The notes beneath the pieces were generated by a model. The model searched no databases. It was not told where the DNA came from and worked only from the letters and a program-made list of their open reading frames with translations. Below are positions 54,744-64,000 of a stretch of 64,000 nt of DNA, piece after piece (positions within the stretch are counted from its first letter, which is position 1; every line of letters begins with the position of its first letter). The translations under genes and the position numbers were made by a program. This DNA is from an uncultured Clostridia bacterium (GTDB lineage Bacteria; Bacillota; Clostridia; TANB77; UBA1234): NCBI GenBank assembly GCA_947164995.1, contig CAMUYU010000002.1, positions 3,909 through 67,908 of the forward strand, written 5' to 3'.

Positions 54744-55832
54744 ATGAAAAATGTTTTAGTTAGTTTATTAGTTATTTGTGTTATGATGTTTTCTATGTCA
54801 GCTGTTTTTGCTGCAACTGCTCCTACTGATAATGATTTAAGAACAGCACCTATTATTTCTAATTTGAAAATTCATGATGATAATGGAAATAATGTTTGGA
54901 TAGAAGTTACTGTTCAAACACCTGCTAATGTTAGAAATGCAATTGACTATTTTGAGAATCATGAGCTAGGTTATAACCAAGCAGGATATATTGGTGGAAT
55001 TATGCTTCAATATGCAATTGATGATGCTGATGAATGGTCTGAAACTAGTTTAGGTCATTCACCAAATTATGACCAAGATGATGATCCTTGGAATGGTATT
55101 TTTGAAACAGAATATTTATCTGAACTTCGTGTTGATTCAAAGCTTGTTGTTAGAGCTTACTATAGTGGCGCTACAGCAGAAGGAATTTCTCGTGTTAGTG
55201 ACCCATCTAATGAATTAGTTTTAAATGATAAAGTAGATTTCCAAGCATCACAATGGGCACAAAATGAACTTGCTGAAGCAGATAAATTGAATTTGATTCC
55301 AGAGAGTTTAAAGGATGCTGATTTAACTAAATCTATTACTAGAGCTGAGTTTGCTGCTGTTTCTGTTAAGGCTTATGAAGCTTTAACTGGAAAGACTGCA
55401 ACTCCTGTTGCTACAAATCCTTTCACTGATACTAAGGATACCGAAGTTTTAAAAGCTTTTGCTTTAGGTATTACTGCTGGTACTTCAGATACTACTTTTG
55501 AACCTGATTTATTATTAAATAGAGAGCAAGCTGCTACTATGCTTACTAGAACTTACAAGAAGGCTACTATTGAAGGATGGACTATTGCTGAAGATGGTAA
55601 GTTCCCACTTGAATATACTAAGGCTAATACTTTTGCGGATGATAAAGATATTTCTGCTTGGGCTAAAGATAGTGTTTATTTTATGAATGCTAATGGAATT
55701 ATTAATGGTGTTGGAGATAATAAATTTGCACCTAAGAATACTACTTCTGCTGAAGAAGCTGTTGGCTATGCAAATGCTACTAGAGAACAAGCTATTATTA
55801 TTGCAACAAGAATGGTTAAGAATTTGAAGTAG
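54744..55832 (+). CDS. Secreted SLH-domain surface protein
   Basis: It has a signal peptide (...SAVFAA) and C-terminal SLH-type repeats (ITRAEFAAVSVKAY, FTDTKDTEVLKAFALGITAG, FADDKDISAWAKDSVYFMNANGII). Confidence 0.8.
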   Translation: MKNVLVSLLVICVMMFSMSAVFAATAPTDNDLRTAPIISNLKIHDDNGNNVWIEVTVQTPANVRNAIDYFENHELGYNQAGYIGGIMLQYAIDDADEWSETSLGHSPNYDQDDDPWNGIFETEYLSELRVDSKLVVRAYYSGATAEGISRVSDPSNELVLNDKVDFQASQWAQNELAEADKLNLIPESLKDADLTKSITRAEFAAVSVKAYEALTGKTATPVATNPFTDTKDTEVLKAFALGITAGTSDTTFEPDLLLNREQAATMLTRTYKKATIEGWTIAEDGKFPLEYTKANTFADDKDISAWAKDSVYFMNANGIINGVGDNKFAPKNTTSAEEAVGYANATREQAIIIATRMVKNLK

Positions 55833-55841
55833 GAGTTTGTT

Positions 55842-56354
55842 ATGCGTCGTAAATATTATTCTAAAACTTATTTGAAGAATATTAGAAAGTATAAAATTAG
55901 TTTTGATTTTTCTAATGATGATTATATAGTTTGTGTTAAGGAAATTATTGATGGTGATGATTTTATTGCTAAAGAAGGACACAAGCTTATTAGTAATGGT
56001 TATTTTATGGTGGAGATTATTCCAAAAGAGGGTAACTATGTTATGAGGGCTTATTTGGATGATAACAAGGTTACTCAAGAGTATTATTTTGATATTGTAA
56101 GTGATAAAGGTGTAGATGAGGTAACTAAAGTTCCGTTTTATGATGATTTATATTTGGATGTTGTAGTTTCTAAAACTGGACTTGAGCTTTATGACAAAGA
56201 TGAGTTAGATGAAGCGCATGAACAAGGACTTGTGGATGATGAACTTTACCAAATGGCAATTGATTCTGCAAATGAACTAATGCAAGAAATTCGCGAGGGA
56301 AAGAATAAGTATAAAAATATGGATTTGAAAAGGTTTATAGATGGTAAAAATTAA
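55842..56354 (+). CDS. DUF402-family protein (nucleoside tri/diphosphatase-like)
   Basis: It has YYFDIV...PFYDDLYLDVVV...LYDKDELDEA. Confidence 0.6.
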   Translation: MRRKYYSKTYLKNIRKYKISFDFSNDDYIVCVKEIIDGDDFIAKEGHKLISNGYFMVEIIPKEGNYVMRAYLDDNKVTQEYYFDIVSDKGVDEVTKVPFYDDLYLDVVVSKTGLELYDKDELDEAHEQGLVDDELYQMAIDSANELMQEIREGKNKYKNMDLKRFIDGKN

Positions 56355-56807
56355 ATGACTAAGATTTTATTTATTTGTCATGGCAATATTTGTCGTTCGC
56401 CAATGGCTGAATATATGTTTAAAGATATGGTTTTAAAGAATAATTTGCAATCTGAGTATATGATAGATTCCGCAGCTGTAAGTTATGAAGAGGAGGGTAA
56501 TTCTATTTATCCTCCTGCAAAAGAAATTTTAAAAAGGCACAATATTCCTTTTGGTAATCACAAGGCTCACAGGATGCAAAAGTCTGACTATAACAAGTAC
56601 GATATTATTATTTGTATGGATGAAAGCAATATTTATAACATTATGCGAATTATTAGTGAGGATCCTTTAAATAAAGTTCACAGATTGTTGGAATATACTT
56701 CGGATAATAGAGATATTTCAGACCCTTGGTATACAGGCGATTTTGAAAGGGCTTACCAAGATATTAATGAGGGGCTAAAGGCGTTGCTTGAATTTACAAA
56801 TAAATAA
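56355..56807 (+). CDS. Low-molecular-weight protein-tyrosine phosphatase
   Basis: The P-loop is FICHGNICRSPMAE, with a C-terminal DPWY. Confidence 0.85.
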   Translation: MTKILFICHGNICRSPMAEYMFKDMVLKNNLQSEYMIDSAAVSYEEEGNSIYPPAKEILKRHNIPFGNHKAHRMQKSDYNKYDIIICMDESNIYNIMRIISEDPLNKVHRLLEYTSDNRDISDPWYTGDFERAYQDINEGLKALLEFTNK

Positions 56808-56820
56808 AATAGGAGGCGCT

Positions 56821-57315
56821 ATGGCAGAACTAAGAGATTTGTATGATGAAAACAGCAACAAAACAGATAAGACTTATAGAAAAGGAGAACCTATTCCTGA
56901 AGGATATTATCCTATGGTAGTTATGGTTGTTATTAGAAATTCAAAAGGTGAATTTTTGATGCAAAAAAGAGTTCCTTCAAAAGGCGGAGATTGGGGCGTT
57001 ACAGGCGGCCACCCAAAGTCTGGAGAAACTCCTTTAGAAGGAATTAAAACTGAAGTTTTAGAAGAACTTGGTTTAGATTTTTCAAATGAAATTTTTACAG
57101 AATATGATTCTGGATGTGACGGAAAAGATTGTTATAAAATGTATTTTGTAACAAAAGATGTCGATTTAAATGAAGTAAAAATTCAAGAGGAAGAACTTAG
57201 TGAAGTTAGATGGTTTTCTATGGATGAATTAAAGCAGATGGTTGAAACAAAAGAATTAAATGAAGACCAAATAGCTTGTTTTAATAAAGTGTGTAAATTT
57301 ATGGAGAAGAATTAA
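56821..57315 (+). CDS. NUDIX hydrolase
   Basis: The Nudix box is GGHPKSGETPLEGIKTEVLEELGL. The start is set at the ATG behind AGGAGG. Confidence 0.85.
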   Translation: MAELRDLYDENSNKTDKTYRKGEPIPEGYYPMVVMVVIRNSKGEFLMQKRVPSKGGDWGVTGGHPKSGETPLEGIKTEVLEELGLDFSNEIFTEYDSGCDGKDCYKMYFVTKDVDLNEVKIQEEELSEVRWFSMDELKQMVETKELNEDQIACFNKVCKFMEKN

Positions 57316-57319
57316 AATA

Positions 57320-57357
57320 AACCTATTTGTCATAATAGTTGACAAATAGGTTTTTTA
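57320..57357 (+). terminator. Intrinsic terminator
   Basis: The stem is AACCTATTTGTCA/TGACAAATAGGTT (13 bp), followed by a T-run. Confidence 0.8.
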
Positions 57358-57480
57358 TTTGTTTTAAGTAAAGAAATGGTAACATAAACTTAATAAAAAA
57401 AAGGCATCTAGTAGTGTAAAATGATATTAGAGAAATTATATCTAGATGGCGAATTTGCCATCTGATTGGAGAGAATGAAA

Positions 57481-60417
57481 ATGAAAAAAGTTACACTATT
57501 GTTTTTTGTATTTTTAATGCTATTTGTAAATGTTTCATTTGCAAAGGAATTTGTTGATGTACCCCAAGATTTTTGGGCGTATGAATATATAGATGAGCTA
57601 TCCGAAAAAGGTATTATTGATGGCTATGATGATGGCTTGTTTAAGCCTAATGGAACTGTTACTAATGTTGAATTTTTAAAGTTAGTTGTGGCAGCTTCAA
57701 TTGACCCTAATGTAAAAGTAGAAGATGCTAAAGGTAAAGTTGATAATTGGGCAAAAGACTATATCAAAATAGCTGAAAATTATGGTGTCGTTCGTACCGG
57801 AAAAATAGATGAAAAAAATGCAGATGAAGAAATATTAAGAATTGACATGGCAATGATAATTGCTAATTCGGAGATTAAATTTTTCGGTAAAACAAAAAGT
57901 TCAAATCTTGAATCTAGTTTTACTGATACACAGTACTTAGAGGAGAAAGACATTGAGGCTATAAACTATTGCATTCAAAATGGATTAATAGTTGGCTATG
58001 AAGATGGTTCTTTTAAACCTTATAATAAGATGACAAGAGCAGAAGCTGCTACTATTATTTCACGTTTTCTAATTAATAATAAAAATGTAAATAAAGTTAC
58101 AAGTGTTACTAAAGAAGAAACTGTAGATGATGAAAAGAATTCAAGCAGTAACAATACTTCTTCAAATAGTTCCACAGGAAATAAAGGAAAAGATTCTCTT
58201 AAACCTTATAGTAATAGTGGTTCACAAAATAAAAAATATACAATCACTTTTGTAAATGATGATGGGACTGTGCTTCAAACATCAAGTGTTGAAAAGAATG
58301 CAATGCCAGTTTATTCAGGAGATACACCTACAAAAGAAAGCACAGATACTTATGAATATGTATTTGTTGGATGGGAACCAGAGATTGTGAGTGTAACTGA
58401 AAATGCTACTTATACAGCAACATATACAGAACAAGAAGTTGGAAGAAGAATTAATATTGTTGAACATGAACACATTACTATTACTTCGGCAGAATTTACA
58501 GATGAAGATGAAGTTTTAATAACTTATGTTTTAGATGATGGATATTCTATAGATAGTGTTAATATAACTGATACGGAAGATTGTGGATTTGATTACGACT
58601 ATGTTGATGATAATTCTATTCTTTCATATGGTCCAATACTTACAGATGTTACAATAGATATTACAGTACTGGAAACAGAGTATGGTTTAAATATATATGC
58701 AAATCCTGGAAGATACGAAGGGGCTACTCAAAAATGGTACTATGCTACTCCAAATTCAACTATGGAAATTTCAGATCCTACAAGAACAAGTTATACTGTG
58801 ACGTTCGATGATTCTTATGGAGAATGTGATACAGAATCACTTACAAGTTGTGTATTTGTTAGATGGGATTTAACAGGTGGAGGAAGCTTCGATGGTACTA
58901 CATACACATTTGGAAAAGAAAATGGAAAATTAACGGCAATATACGAAGATACTATTACACTTCCTGGCGCAGAATTAGAAGATCACAATTTCATTGGTTG
59001 GTATAATTCAAGCAATAAACTCGTTGGTGGCTCTGGCGATTCATATACTGTAAAAAAGAATGAAACTCTAACCGCAAAATATGAGTATATTAGAGAAATG
59101 TTACCATCTATACCAAATCCACCTGTCTTAGGACAAGGTATGACGCTTGTATATTGGGATGATAACAACGTTGAGTATGAGGCAGACCTTGATGATATTA
59201 GCGAAGGAAATGGTAATGTTGTTTATGATTATGTGATGAGTGATGGAAGAAAAGACTCAATGCAAGCAAGATGGGCAAACGCAAAAACAACATCTGATGA
59301 CAGCTATTGGGTATGGATTCCAAGATATGCATATAAAGTTAATTATTATGATGATATGAATCAAACAATTCACATTAATAATAAAAAGATTTATCTTAAT
59401 ATAGATATAATATTCTTATATGTAACTTCAAACACTCAATACAAAGATATTTCAGGGGATATTCAGGACTTACCAGAAGGCTATATTGTTCACCCAGCAT
59501 TCCAAAAAATGACATCTACAGACGTAAATAACTTAAACTCTTTAGGAAAATGGAATGAGGAATTAGAGGGAATTTGGGTTTCAAAGTTTGATATAAGTAA
59601 AGAAGCATATGATTCAGAACAAGATTTGTGGAATGCAAGTGATGCCAATTCTGAATTGTTAACAGTTGGTGAAAAGAGAATAGTATCTAAGCCTTCTGTT
59701 AAAAGTGCTGGCTTTGTTCCAAACTACGCATATCAAAATGCACTTAATATGCATCCGGATTTAAATAGCCATTTGTTAAAAAATAGCGAATTTGGTATGT
59801 TAACAATGTTTGAATTTAGCCCTTATGGAAGAACTGGAAATAGCCCAAGTAGAAGTAATTGCCAAGATTGTTATACGGGCGGTTATTCTGGAGGAATGGA
59901 TTTTAGTTATGATGCAAGTACCTTCTATGATAACTATGCGTGGAATACAAAAAATGGCAAAAAATCAAGTAGTACTGGAAACGTATATGGAGTATATGAT
60001 TTAAATGGTTGTAGAACCGAATGGGTTTCATCATATCTTAATAATGGTTCAAGTAATATTACAAATCCTGCAAGTGTAGGAGAAATTGGAAATATATCTT
60101 CTAATCCGACGGAATTAGAACTAAGAACTAGACAGATTTATCCAGAAAAAGACGCTGATCCATGTGTAAACTACGAAATGAATAGTGATATATATGGCGA
60201 TGCAATGTATGAAATTTCTGTTGGTAATCCTTCAAGAAATAGTCCACAGGTAGCAATAAGCGGAAATGGAAGCTACTTCTTTGGCGATAATGTTTTGATA
60301 AGAAGGAGTACCACTTATACAACTAGCTCTATATCAAATATGTTTCAATTTACTGCATTGGCAAATGGAGATCGTTCTGCTGGTATGCACGTAGCACTTG
60401 CAATAACAGAGGATTAG
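57481..60417 (+). CDS. Secreted surface protein with N-terminal SLH domains, a Listeria-Bacteroides-type repeat and a large uncharacterised C-terminal domain
   Basis: The signal peptide is MKKVTLLFFVFLMLFVNVSFA. SLH motifs are FVDVPQDFWAYEYIDEL and FTDTQYLEEKDIEAINYC. The repeat reads YTITFVNDDGTVL...YVFVGWEP...ATYTATY. Confidence 0.8.
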   Translation: MKKVTLLFFVFLMLFVNVSFAKEFVDVPQDFWAYEYIDELSEKGIIDGYDDGLFKPNGTVTNVEFLKLVVAASIDPNVKVEDAKGKVDNWAKDYIKIAENYGVVRTGKIDEKNADEEILRIDMAMIIANSEIKFFGKTKSSNLESSFTDTQYLEEKDIEAINYCIQNGLIVGYEDGSFKPYNKMTRAEAATIISRFLINNKNVNKVTSVTKEETVDDEKNSSSNNTSSNSSTGNKGKDSLKPYSNSGSQNKKYTITFVNDDGTVLQTSSVEKNAMPVYSGDTPTKESTDTYEYVFVGWEPEIVSVTENATYTATYTEQEVGRRINIVEHEHITITSAEFTDEDEVLITYVLDDGYSIDSVNITDTEDCGFDYDYVDDNSILSYGPILTDVTIDITVLETEYGLNIYANPGRYEGATQKWYYATPNSTMEISDPTRTSYTVTFDDSYGECDTESLTSCVFVRWDLTGGGSFDGTTYTFGKENGKLTAIYEDTITLPGAELEDHNFIGWYNSSNKLVGGSGDSYTVKKNETLTAKYEYIREMLPSIPNPPVLGQGMTLVYWDDNNVEYEADLDDISEGNGNVVYDYVMSDGRKDSMQARWANAKTTSDDSYWVWIPRYAYKVNYYDDMNQTIHINNKKIYLNIDIIFLYVTSNTQYKDISGDIQDLPEGYIVHPAFQKMTSTDVNNLNSLGKWNEELEGIWVSKFDISKEAYDSEQDLWNASDANSELLTVGEKRIVSKPSVKSAGFVPNYAYQNALNMHPDLNSHLLKNSEFGMLTMFEFSPYGRTGNSPSRSNCQDCYTGGYSGGMDFSYDASTFYDNYAWNTKNGKKSSSTGNVYGVYDLNGCRTEWVSSYLNNGSSNITNPASVGEIGNISSNPTELELRTRQIYPEKDADPCVNYEMNSDIYGDAMYEISVGNPSRNSPQVAISGNGSYFFGDNVLIRRSTTYTTSSISNMFQFTALANGDRSAGMHVALAITED

Positions 60418-60447
60418 TGATTGACATACTAAAAAGAGTATTATAAT

Positions 60448-60885
60448 ATGTGTAAAACTCCTCAATATGAAGGCCTTGAAAAACTTTACAAAGAATACCA
60501 TGAAAAAGGTTTGGAAGTTTTAGATTTTCCATGTAATCAATTTGGAAATCAAGCTCCTGGAAGTGATGATGAAATTCATAGTTTTTGCGCATTAAAATAT
60601 AATACTTCTTTTGACCAATTTGCAAAAATTGATGTAAATGGGGAAACCGAAAGTCCTATTTATACATATTTAAAAAACAAAATTAAAAAGGATATTATTG
60701 ATGGATTAAAAAATAAAATGGCTATGGGTACTATTGAAAAAATAAGTACAACTTGTAAAAATGAAGGAGATATTAAGTGGAATTTTACTAAGTTTTTAGT
60801 AGATAGAGAAGGAAATGTTGTAGCAAGATATTCTCCAACATTTAAGCCAGAAGATATGGAAGAAAAAATTAAGGAATTAATTTAA
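60448..60885 (+). pseudogene. 5'-truncated glutathione peroxidase
   Basis: The ORF starts MCKTPQYEGLEKLY...FPCNQFGNQ...WNFTKFL. It begins inside the catalytic Cys-G-x-T-PQY segment, so about 35 N-terminal residues of a normal GPx are absent. There is an in-frame TAA at 60430 and no RBS. Confidence 0.6.
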
Positions 60886-60893
60886 AACTATTT

Positions 60894-60935
60894 AGCTATA
60901 CAGTGTTTAAAACTTAAGCATTGTATAGCTTTTTT
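60894..60935 (+). terminator. Intrinsic terminator
   Basis: The stem is AGCTATACAGTG/CATTGTATAGCT with one G-U pair, followed by a T5 run. Confidence 0.7.
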
Positions 60936-61080
60936 ATGTTCATTTTTCCTTAATTTTGATGTTAGCTTTTTGCTTGAAGAACTATAATTAGAGTGATATA
61001 CTTTTTCTAGTGATATTTTAAGAAATTTTTTAAAAAATATATAGATTATTCAGTTTATTTATTAAGAGGTGAGCATATAG

Positions 61081-61818
61081 ATGACTCCAAGAAAATTGCA
61101 AAAACTTTTTTTGCTGAATTCACTAATTGTGTTGATTAATATAGTTATTTTTTCAAAAGCTTTTTTGGGTTTTTCTCTAATTGCTGGTAGTACTTTGGCA
61201 ATGAGTATAGCATGGTTTTCGGTTCTTGCGTCTACGTTTTCATTTTTTAAATTTAATATTATGTTACTAAAAAAGCCAGAAACACATAAATTAATTGCTC
61301 AAAAAGTTAATTGTTTAGATGATTGTGTTTCTGTATTTGAAGAAGCTATTCAAAATGGTGATGTTTTTGATAGAGATATTTTAAAAAATCTTGATCAAAT
61401 TAAAAGATTTAAAAGAAAACAAAGAACAATTAAAGATATTTTGCTTCAAAAATTTGCTATTAATGAATTAACTTATCAAAAGTTTAATAGTGTTCTTGGA
61501 GAAGTTGAGAACGTTATTTATTTAAACATGCGAAGCATACTAAATAAAATAGCAGCTTTTGATGTTGATGAATATGAAGCTTTGCAAAAACGAGGATTTC
61601 CCCAAAATGAAGTTTCAGAAGAAAAGATGCAAATATATAACGAGTATATTTCTTTTGTAAAAAATGCTACAAAAGTTAATGAAGAAATTCTTTTAAAATT
61701 AGATAAAATGCTTTTAGAAATTTCTAATTACAACAGTTTGGATGGTGGAGATGTCGCAAAACTTCCTGCTATGCTAGAAATGGACGAGCTTATTAAAAAT
61801 GCAAAATTATATAAATAA
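61081..61818 (+). CDS. Membrane/coiled-coil protein resembling the XpaC (5-bromo-4-chloroindolyl phosphate hydrolysis) family
   Basis: It has two N-terminal TM helices and a long helical C-terminus. The position upstream of a TelA-like gene mirrors B. subtilis xpaC-yaaN. The family call is from memory. Confidence 0.45.
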   Translation: MTPRKLQKLFLLNSLIVLINIVIFSKAFLGFSLIAGSTLAMSIAWFSVLASTFSFFKFNIMLLKKPETHKLIAQKVNCLDDCVSVFEEAIQNGDVFDRDILKNLDQIKRFKRKQRTIKDILLQKFAINELTYQKFNSVLGEVENVIYLNMRSILNKIAAFDVDEYEALQKRGFPQNEVSEEKMQIYNEYISFVKNATKVNEEILLKLDKMLLEISNYNSLDGGDVAKLPAMLEMDELIKNAKLYK

Positions 61819-61832
61819 ATGGAGGATTTAAA

Positions 61833-63521
61833 ATGGAAAAAAAGAGTGAGGTTTGGTTAGTATTAATTGCTATAGTTGTTTTTGGATTAATTTACTCTGT
61901 AATTAGTCTAACAAAGAATGTTGGTAAAACACAATCAACAGTAAATATGGAATCATCTACAAAGAAATTAAATACTTTGTACCAAACAATCAATGTTAAA
62001 ACACTTCCTTTACAAAGAGGTGCAGTGTCTGAGGAAGAAGAACTTATTACAATTTTGCCAGATATTTCAGAGTACCCATTTGTTGTAAATCCAACAACAG
62101 ATAGCTTTATTACTGTTTATTCTTCTACTGAAAAAGCAAATGAAGATGAAAATTCATGGCTTGTTCAAGTAGCTAATCTTTTTAATAAGAGTAATCCAAC
62201 CGTTAATGGAGTTCCTGTATCTGTCGGAATTCGTTCTATTCCTAGTAATTTAGGTGCAGAGTTTATTTTAGCAGAGAAATATACTCCAGATGCATATATT
62301 CCTTCAAGCAAGCTATATGGAGCAATGCTTGAAAGTAAAGAAAAAAAGCATACTCTTGTTTCAGATAGTATTGTAAAAAATGTGTCTGGAATAGTTATTT
62401 CTAGAAGTGTTAAGAGTAAGCTTCAACAAAATGGTGGTGAAGTTACAGCTGATGCAGTTATTAATAGCGTAATTAGTAGTGATGTTATTATTGGTTATAC
62501 TAATCCTTTATCTAATGAAGATGGATTAAATTATTTTATTGCAATGCTACAAGCATTTGATAAAGACTATTTATTAAGTGATAATGCTGTAAGTAAATTA
62601 AGAGCTTATCAAGATAAAATTCCTTATGTTTCTTATGATATAACTCAATTACAAGAATCTATTAGAAATGGTACAATTGATGGATTTGCTACAAATTATC
62701 AAGCATTCTATACAAATCCTTCACTTAGAAATAATTATGATTTCATTCCATTTGGTTATAGACAAGATAGTCCTGTATATTCAATTGGTGAATTATCAAA
62801 TAGCAAACAAGAAATTTTAAATAAGTTTGTGGAGTATTGTAAATCATCAGATTGTCAAACTATTGCTACTAACGAGGGATTTAATGGACGTGATGAATAT
62901 TCATATGGTGTTGCAGAGCTAGATGGCAATCTAGTATTTGATGCACAAAATTTATGGAAGAAGGAAAAGAATGGAACATCTGATTTAACAGCTGTGTTTG
63001 TTGCAGATGTTTCTGGTAGTATGGAAGGCTCACCACTTCTTAAATTAAAAGCAAGCTTAAATAGAGCAGCAACTTTTATTGATGAAAATACAAATGTTGG
63101 ATTAATTACATTTTCAGATTCTGTAAATATTGCTCTTCCAATTGCTAAATTTGATACAAAACAAAAATCTTATTTTTCAAATGCTGTTAAGTCAATGAGA
63201 GCAAGTGGCGCTACTGCAATGTACGATGCAATTGTTGTTGCAGAACATATGCTTATAGAGCAACTAGAAAAGAATCCAAATACAAGACTTATGCTATTTG
63301 TTTTAACTGATGGTGCAACAAATAGAGGATATTATTTTGAAGATATAGCAGATGTTACAAGAGATTTAAAGATTCCAGTTTATACAATTGGATATAACTT
63401 AGGTGATGAAGAATTAGAAGAATTAGCAGCTGTTGCAGATATTAACGAAGCATCTTCTATGGACGCAGATTCAGATAACGTTATTTATAAATTAGAATCA
63501 TTATTTAATTCACAAATGTAA
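61833..63521 (+). CDS. Membrane-anchored vWA-domain protein (562 aa)
   Basis: It has an N-terminal TM helix and a central domain like a solute-binding protein. The C-terminal vWA MIDAS motif is FVADVSGSMEGSP...SGATAMYDA...VLTDGATN. Confidence 0.75.
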   Translation: MEKKSEVWLVLIAIVVFGLIYSVISLTKNVGKTQSTVNMESSTKKLNTLYQTINVKTLPLQRGAVSEEEELITILPDISEYPFVVNPTTDSFITVYSSTEKANEDENSWLVQVANLFNKSNPTVNGVPVSVGIRSIPSNLGAEFILAEKYTPDAYIPSSKLYGAMLESKEKKHTLVSDSIVKNVSGIVISRSVKSKLQQNGGEVTADAVINSVISSDVIIGYTNPLSNEDGLNYFIAMLQAFDKDYLLSDNAVSKLRAYQDKIPYVSYDITQLQESIRNGTIDGFATNYQAFYTNPSLRNNYDFIPFGYRQDSPVYSIGELSNSKQEILNKFVEYCKSSDCQTIATNEGFNGRDEYSYGVAELDGNLVFDAQNLWKKEKNGTSDLTAVFVADVSGSMEGSPLLKLKASLNRAATFIDENTNVGLITFSDSVNIALPIAKFDTKQKSYFSNAVKSMRASGATAMYDAIVVAEHMLIEQLEKNPNTRLMLFVLTDGATNRGYYFEDIADVTRDLKIPVYTIGYNLGDEELEELAAVADINEASSMDADSDNVIYKLESLFNSQM

Positions 63522-63560
63522 TTTTATATTTATGCAAAAGATAAAGGAGGGTTGTGTTTG

Positions 63561-64000
63561 ATGTTAAATGAAAAGATGAAATCTAGTAATGCAAACGAAA
63601 ATAATGAAAGCACAACTCTTTCTTTAAAAGTAGATTCAAAGACTAAAACACAAGCCGAAGAATTATTAAATGCAGATTTTTCAAATTTGGTAAAACGTAG
63701 AGAAATAGTTAAAAGAGTAGATAACTTTGGAGTAGATACTTTAAACTTAGCAGAAAGTAGAAGCAAAAATTTAAGTTCAACAATTTCTCAAATGACTCAA
63801 GATACAACTACTGGTAATTCTTTAGACAATAACTTAGAAAAGTTAGAAAAGGAAATTAGAACTTTAGATCCATCACCAATAGATTTTTCAAAGATTAAAA
63901 AAGGAATAGGAAAGATATTTGATCCTGTTTCAAAGTATTTTAACAGGTTTGAACAAGAGGATGAAAAGATAGAAGATATTATTAGTTCGCTAAACGCAAG
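63561..64000 (+). CDS. TelA/YaaN-like toxic-anion-resistance family protein, 3'-partial (runs off the window)
   Basis: The ATG at 63561 lies behind AAGGAGG. My own translation gives MLNEKMKSSN...VKRVDNFGVDTLN...LEKEIRTLDPSPIDFSK...IFDPVSKYFNRFEQ. The ORF is absent from the ORF track because no stop falls within the window. Confidence 0.65.
   Translation, partial: MLNEKMKSSNANENNESTTLSLKVDSKTKTQAEELLNADFSNLVKRREIVKRVDNFGVDTLNLAESRSKNLSSTISQMTQDTTTGNSLDNNLEKLEKEIRTLDPSPIDFSKIKKGIGKIFDPVSKYFNRFEQEDEKIEDIISSLNA

Noticed and set aside
55515-56078. 187-aa minus-strand ORF
   Set aside because: It is antisense to two well-supported + strand genes (the SLH protein and the DUF402 protein). Its translation is I/N/S/F-rich and low-complexity.
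60421-60447. TTGACA-15-TATAAT as the functional promoter of the gpx ORF
   Set aside because: The -10 element directly abuts the ATG, so the transcript would start downstream of the start codon. The spacer is also only 15 nt.

Overview
This is a 64-kb segment of a low-GC Bacillota (Firmicutes)-type chromosome. Supporting signs are an AT-rich third codon position, standard code 11 with both TAA and TGA used as stops, SLH-anchored surface proteins, a T-box-controlled aspS and Gram-positive lipoboxes. The layout has four parts. (1) 1-17.6 kb is the 3' 17.5 kb of one giant (>5,850 aa) SLH-anchored repeat adhesin. (2) 17.6-20.6 kb holds aspS with its promoter and T-box leader, plus a sanA-like gene. 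(3) About 20.6-53.8 kb is an accessory-looking stretch, almost entirely on the + strand, in which I saw no integrase, transposase or bona fide tRNA. It contains a Fic protein, a WYL regulator, and an operon of HAD, alpha/beta-hydrolase, two metallophosphoesterases, ADP-ribosylglycohydrolase and a Sel1 protein. It then has an unexplained array of four 36-bp direct repeats, a HigB/HigA-type TA pair, a cytoplasmic VIT-vWA protein and a double GGCT fusion. It ends with a tightly coupled 7-gene C5-methyltransferase-linked cassette (Mrr-type nuclease, C5-MTase, orphan, GHKL ATPase, Z1 P-loop protein, PD-(D/E)xK protein, AIPR) followed by a MazG-like + DUF2075-like pair. (4) 53.8-64 kb holds housekeeping-like genes, two more SLH proteins, a 5'-truncated glutathione peroxidase and an XpaC-like/vWA/TelA-like cluster. 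The best candidate for a poorly characterised or uncharacterised system is the 40.6-53.8 kb block. The least explained DNA-level signal is the 36-bp repeat array at 31.1-32.2 kb. All family calls come from motifs read by eye; no database search was possible.
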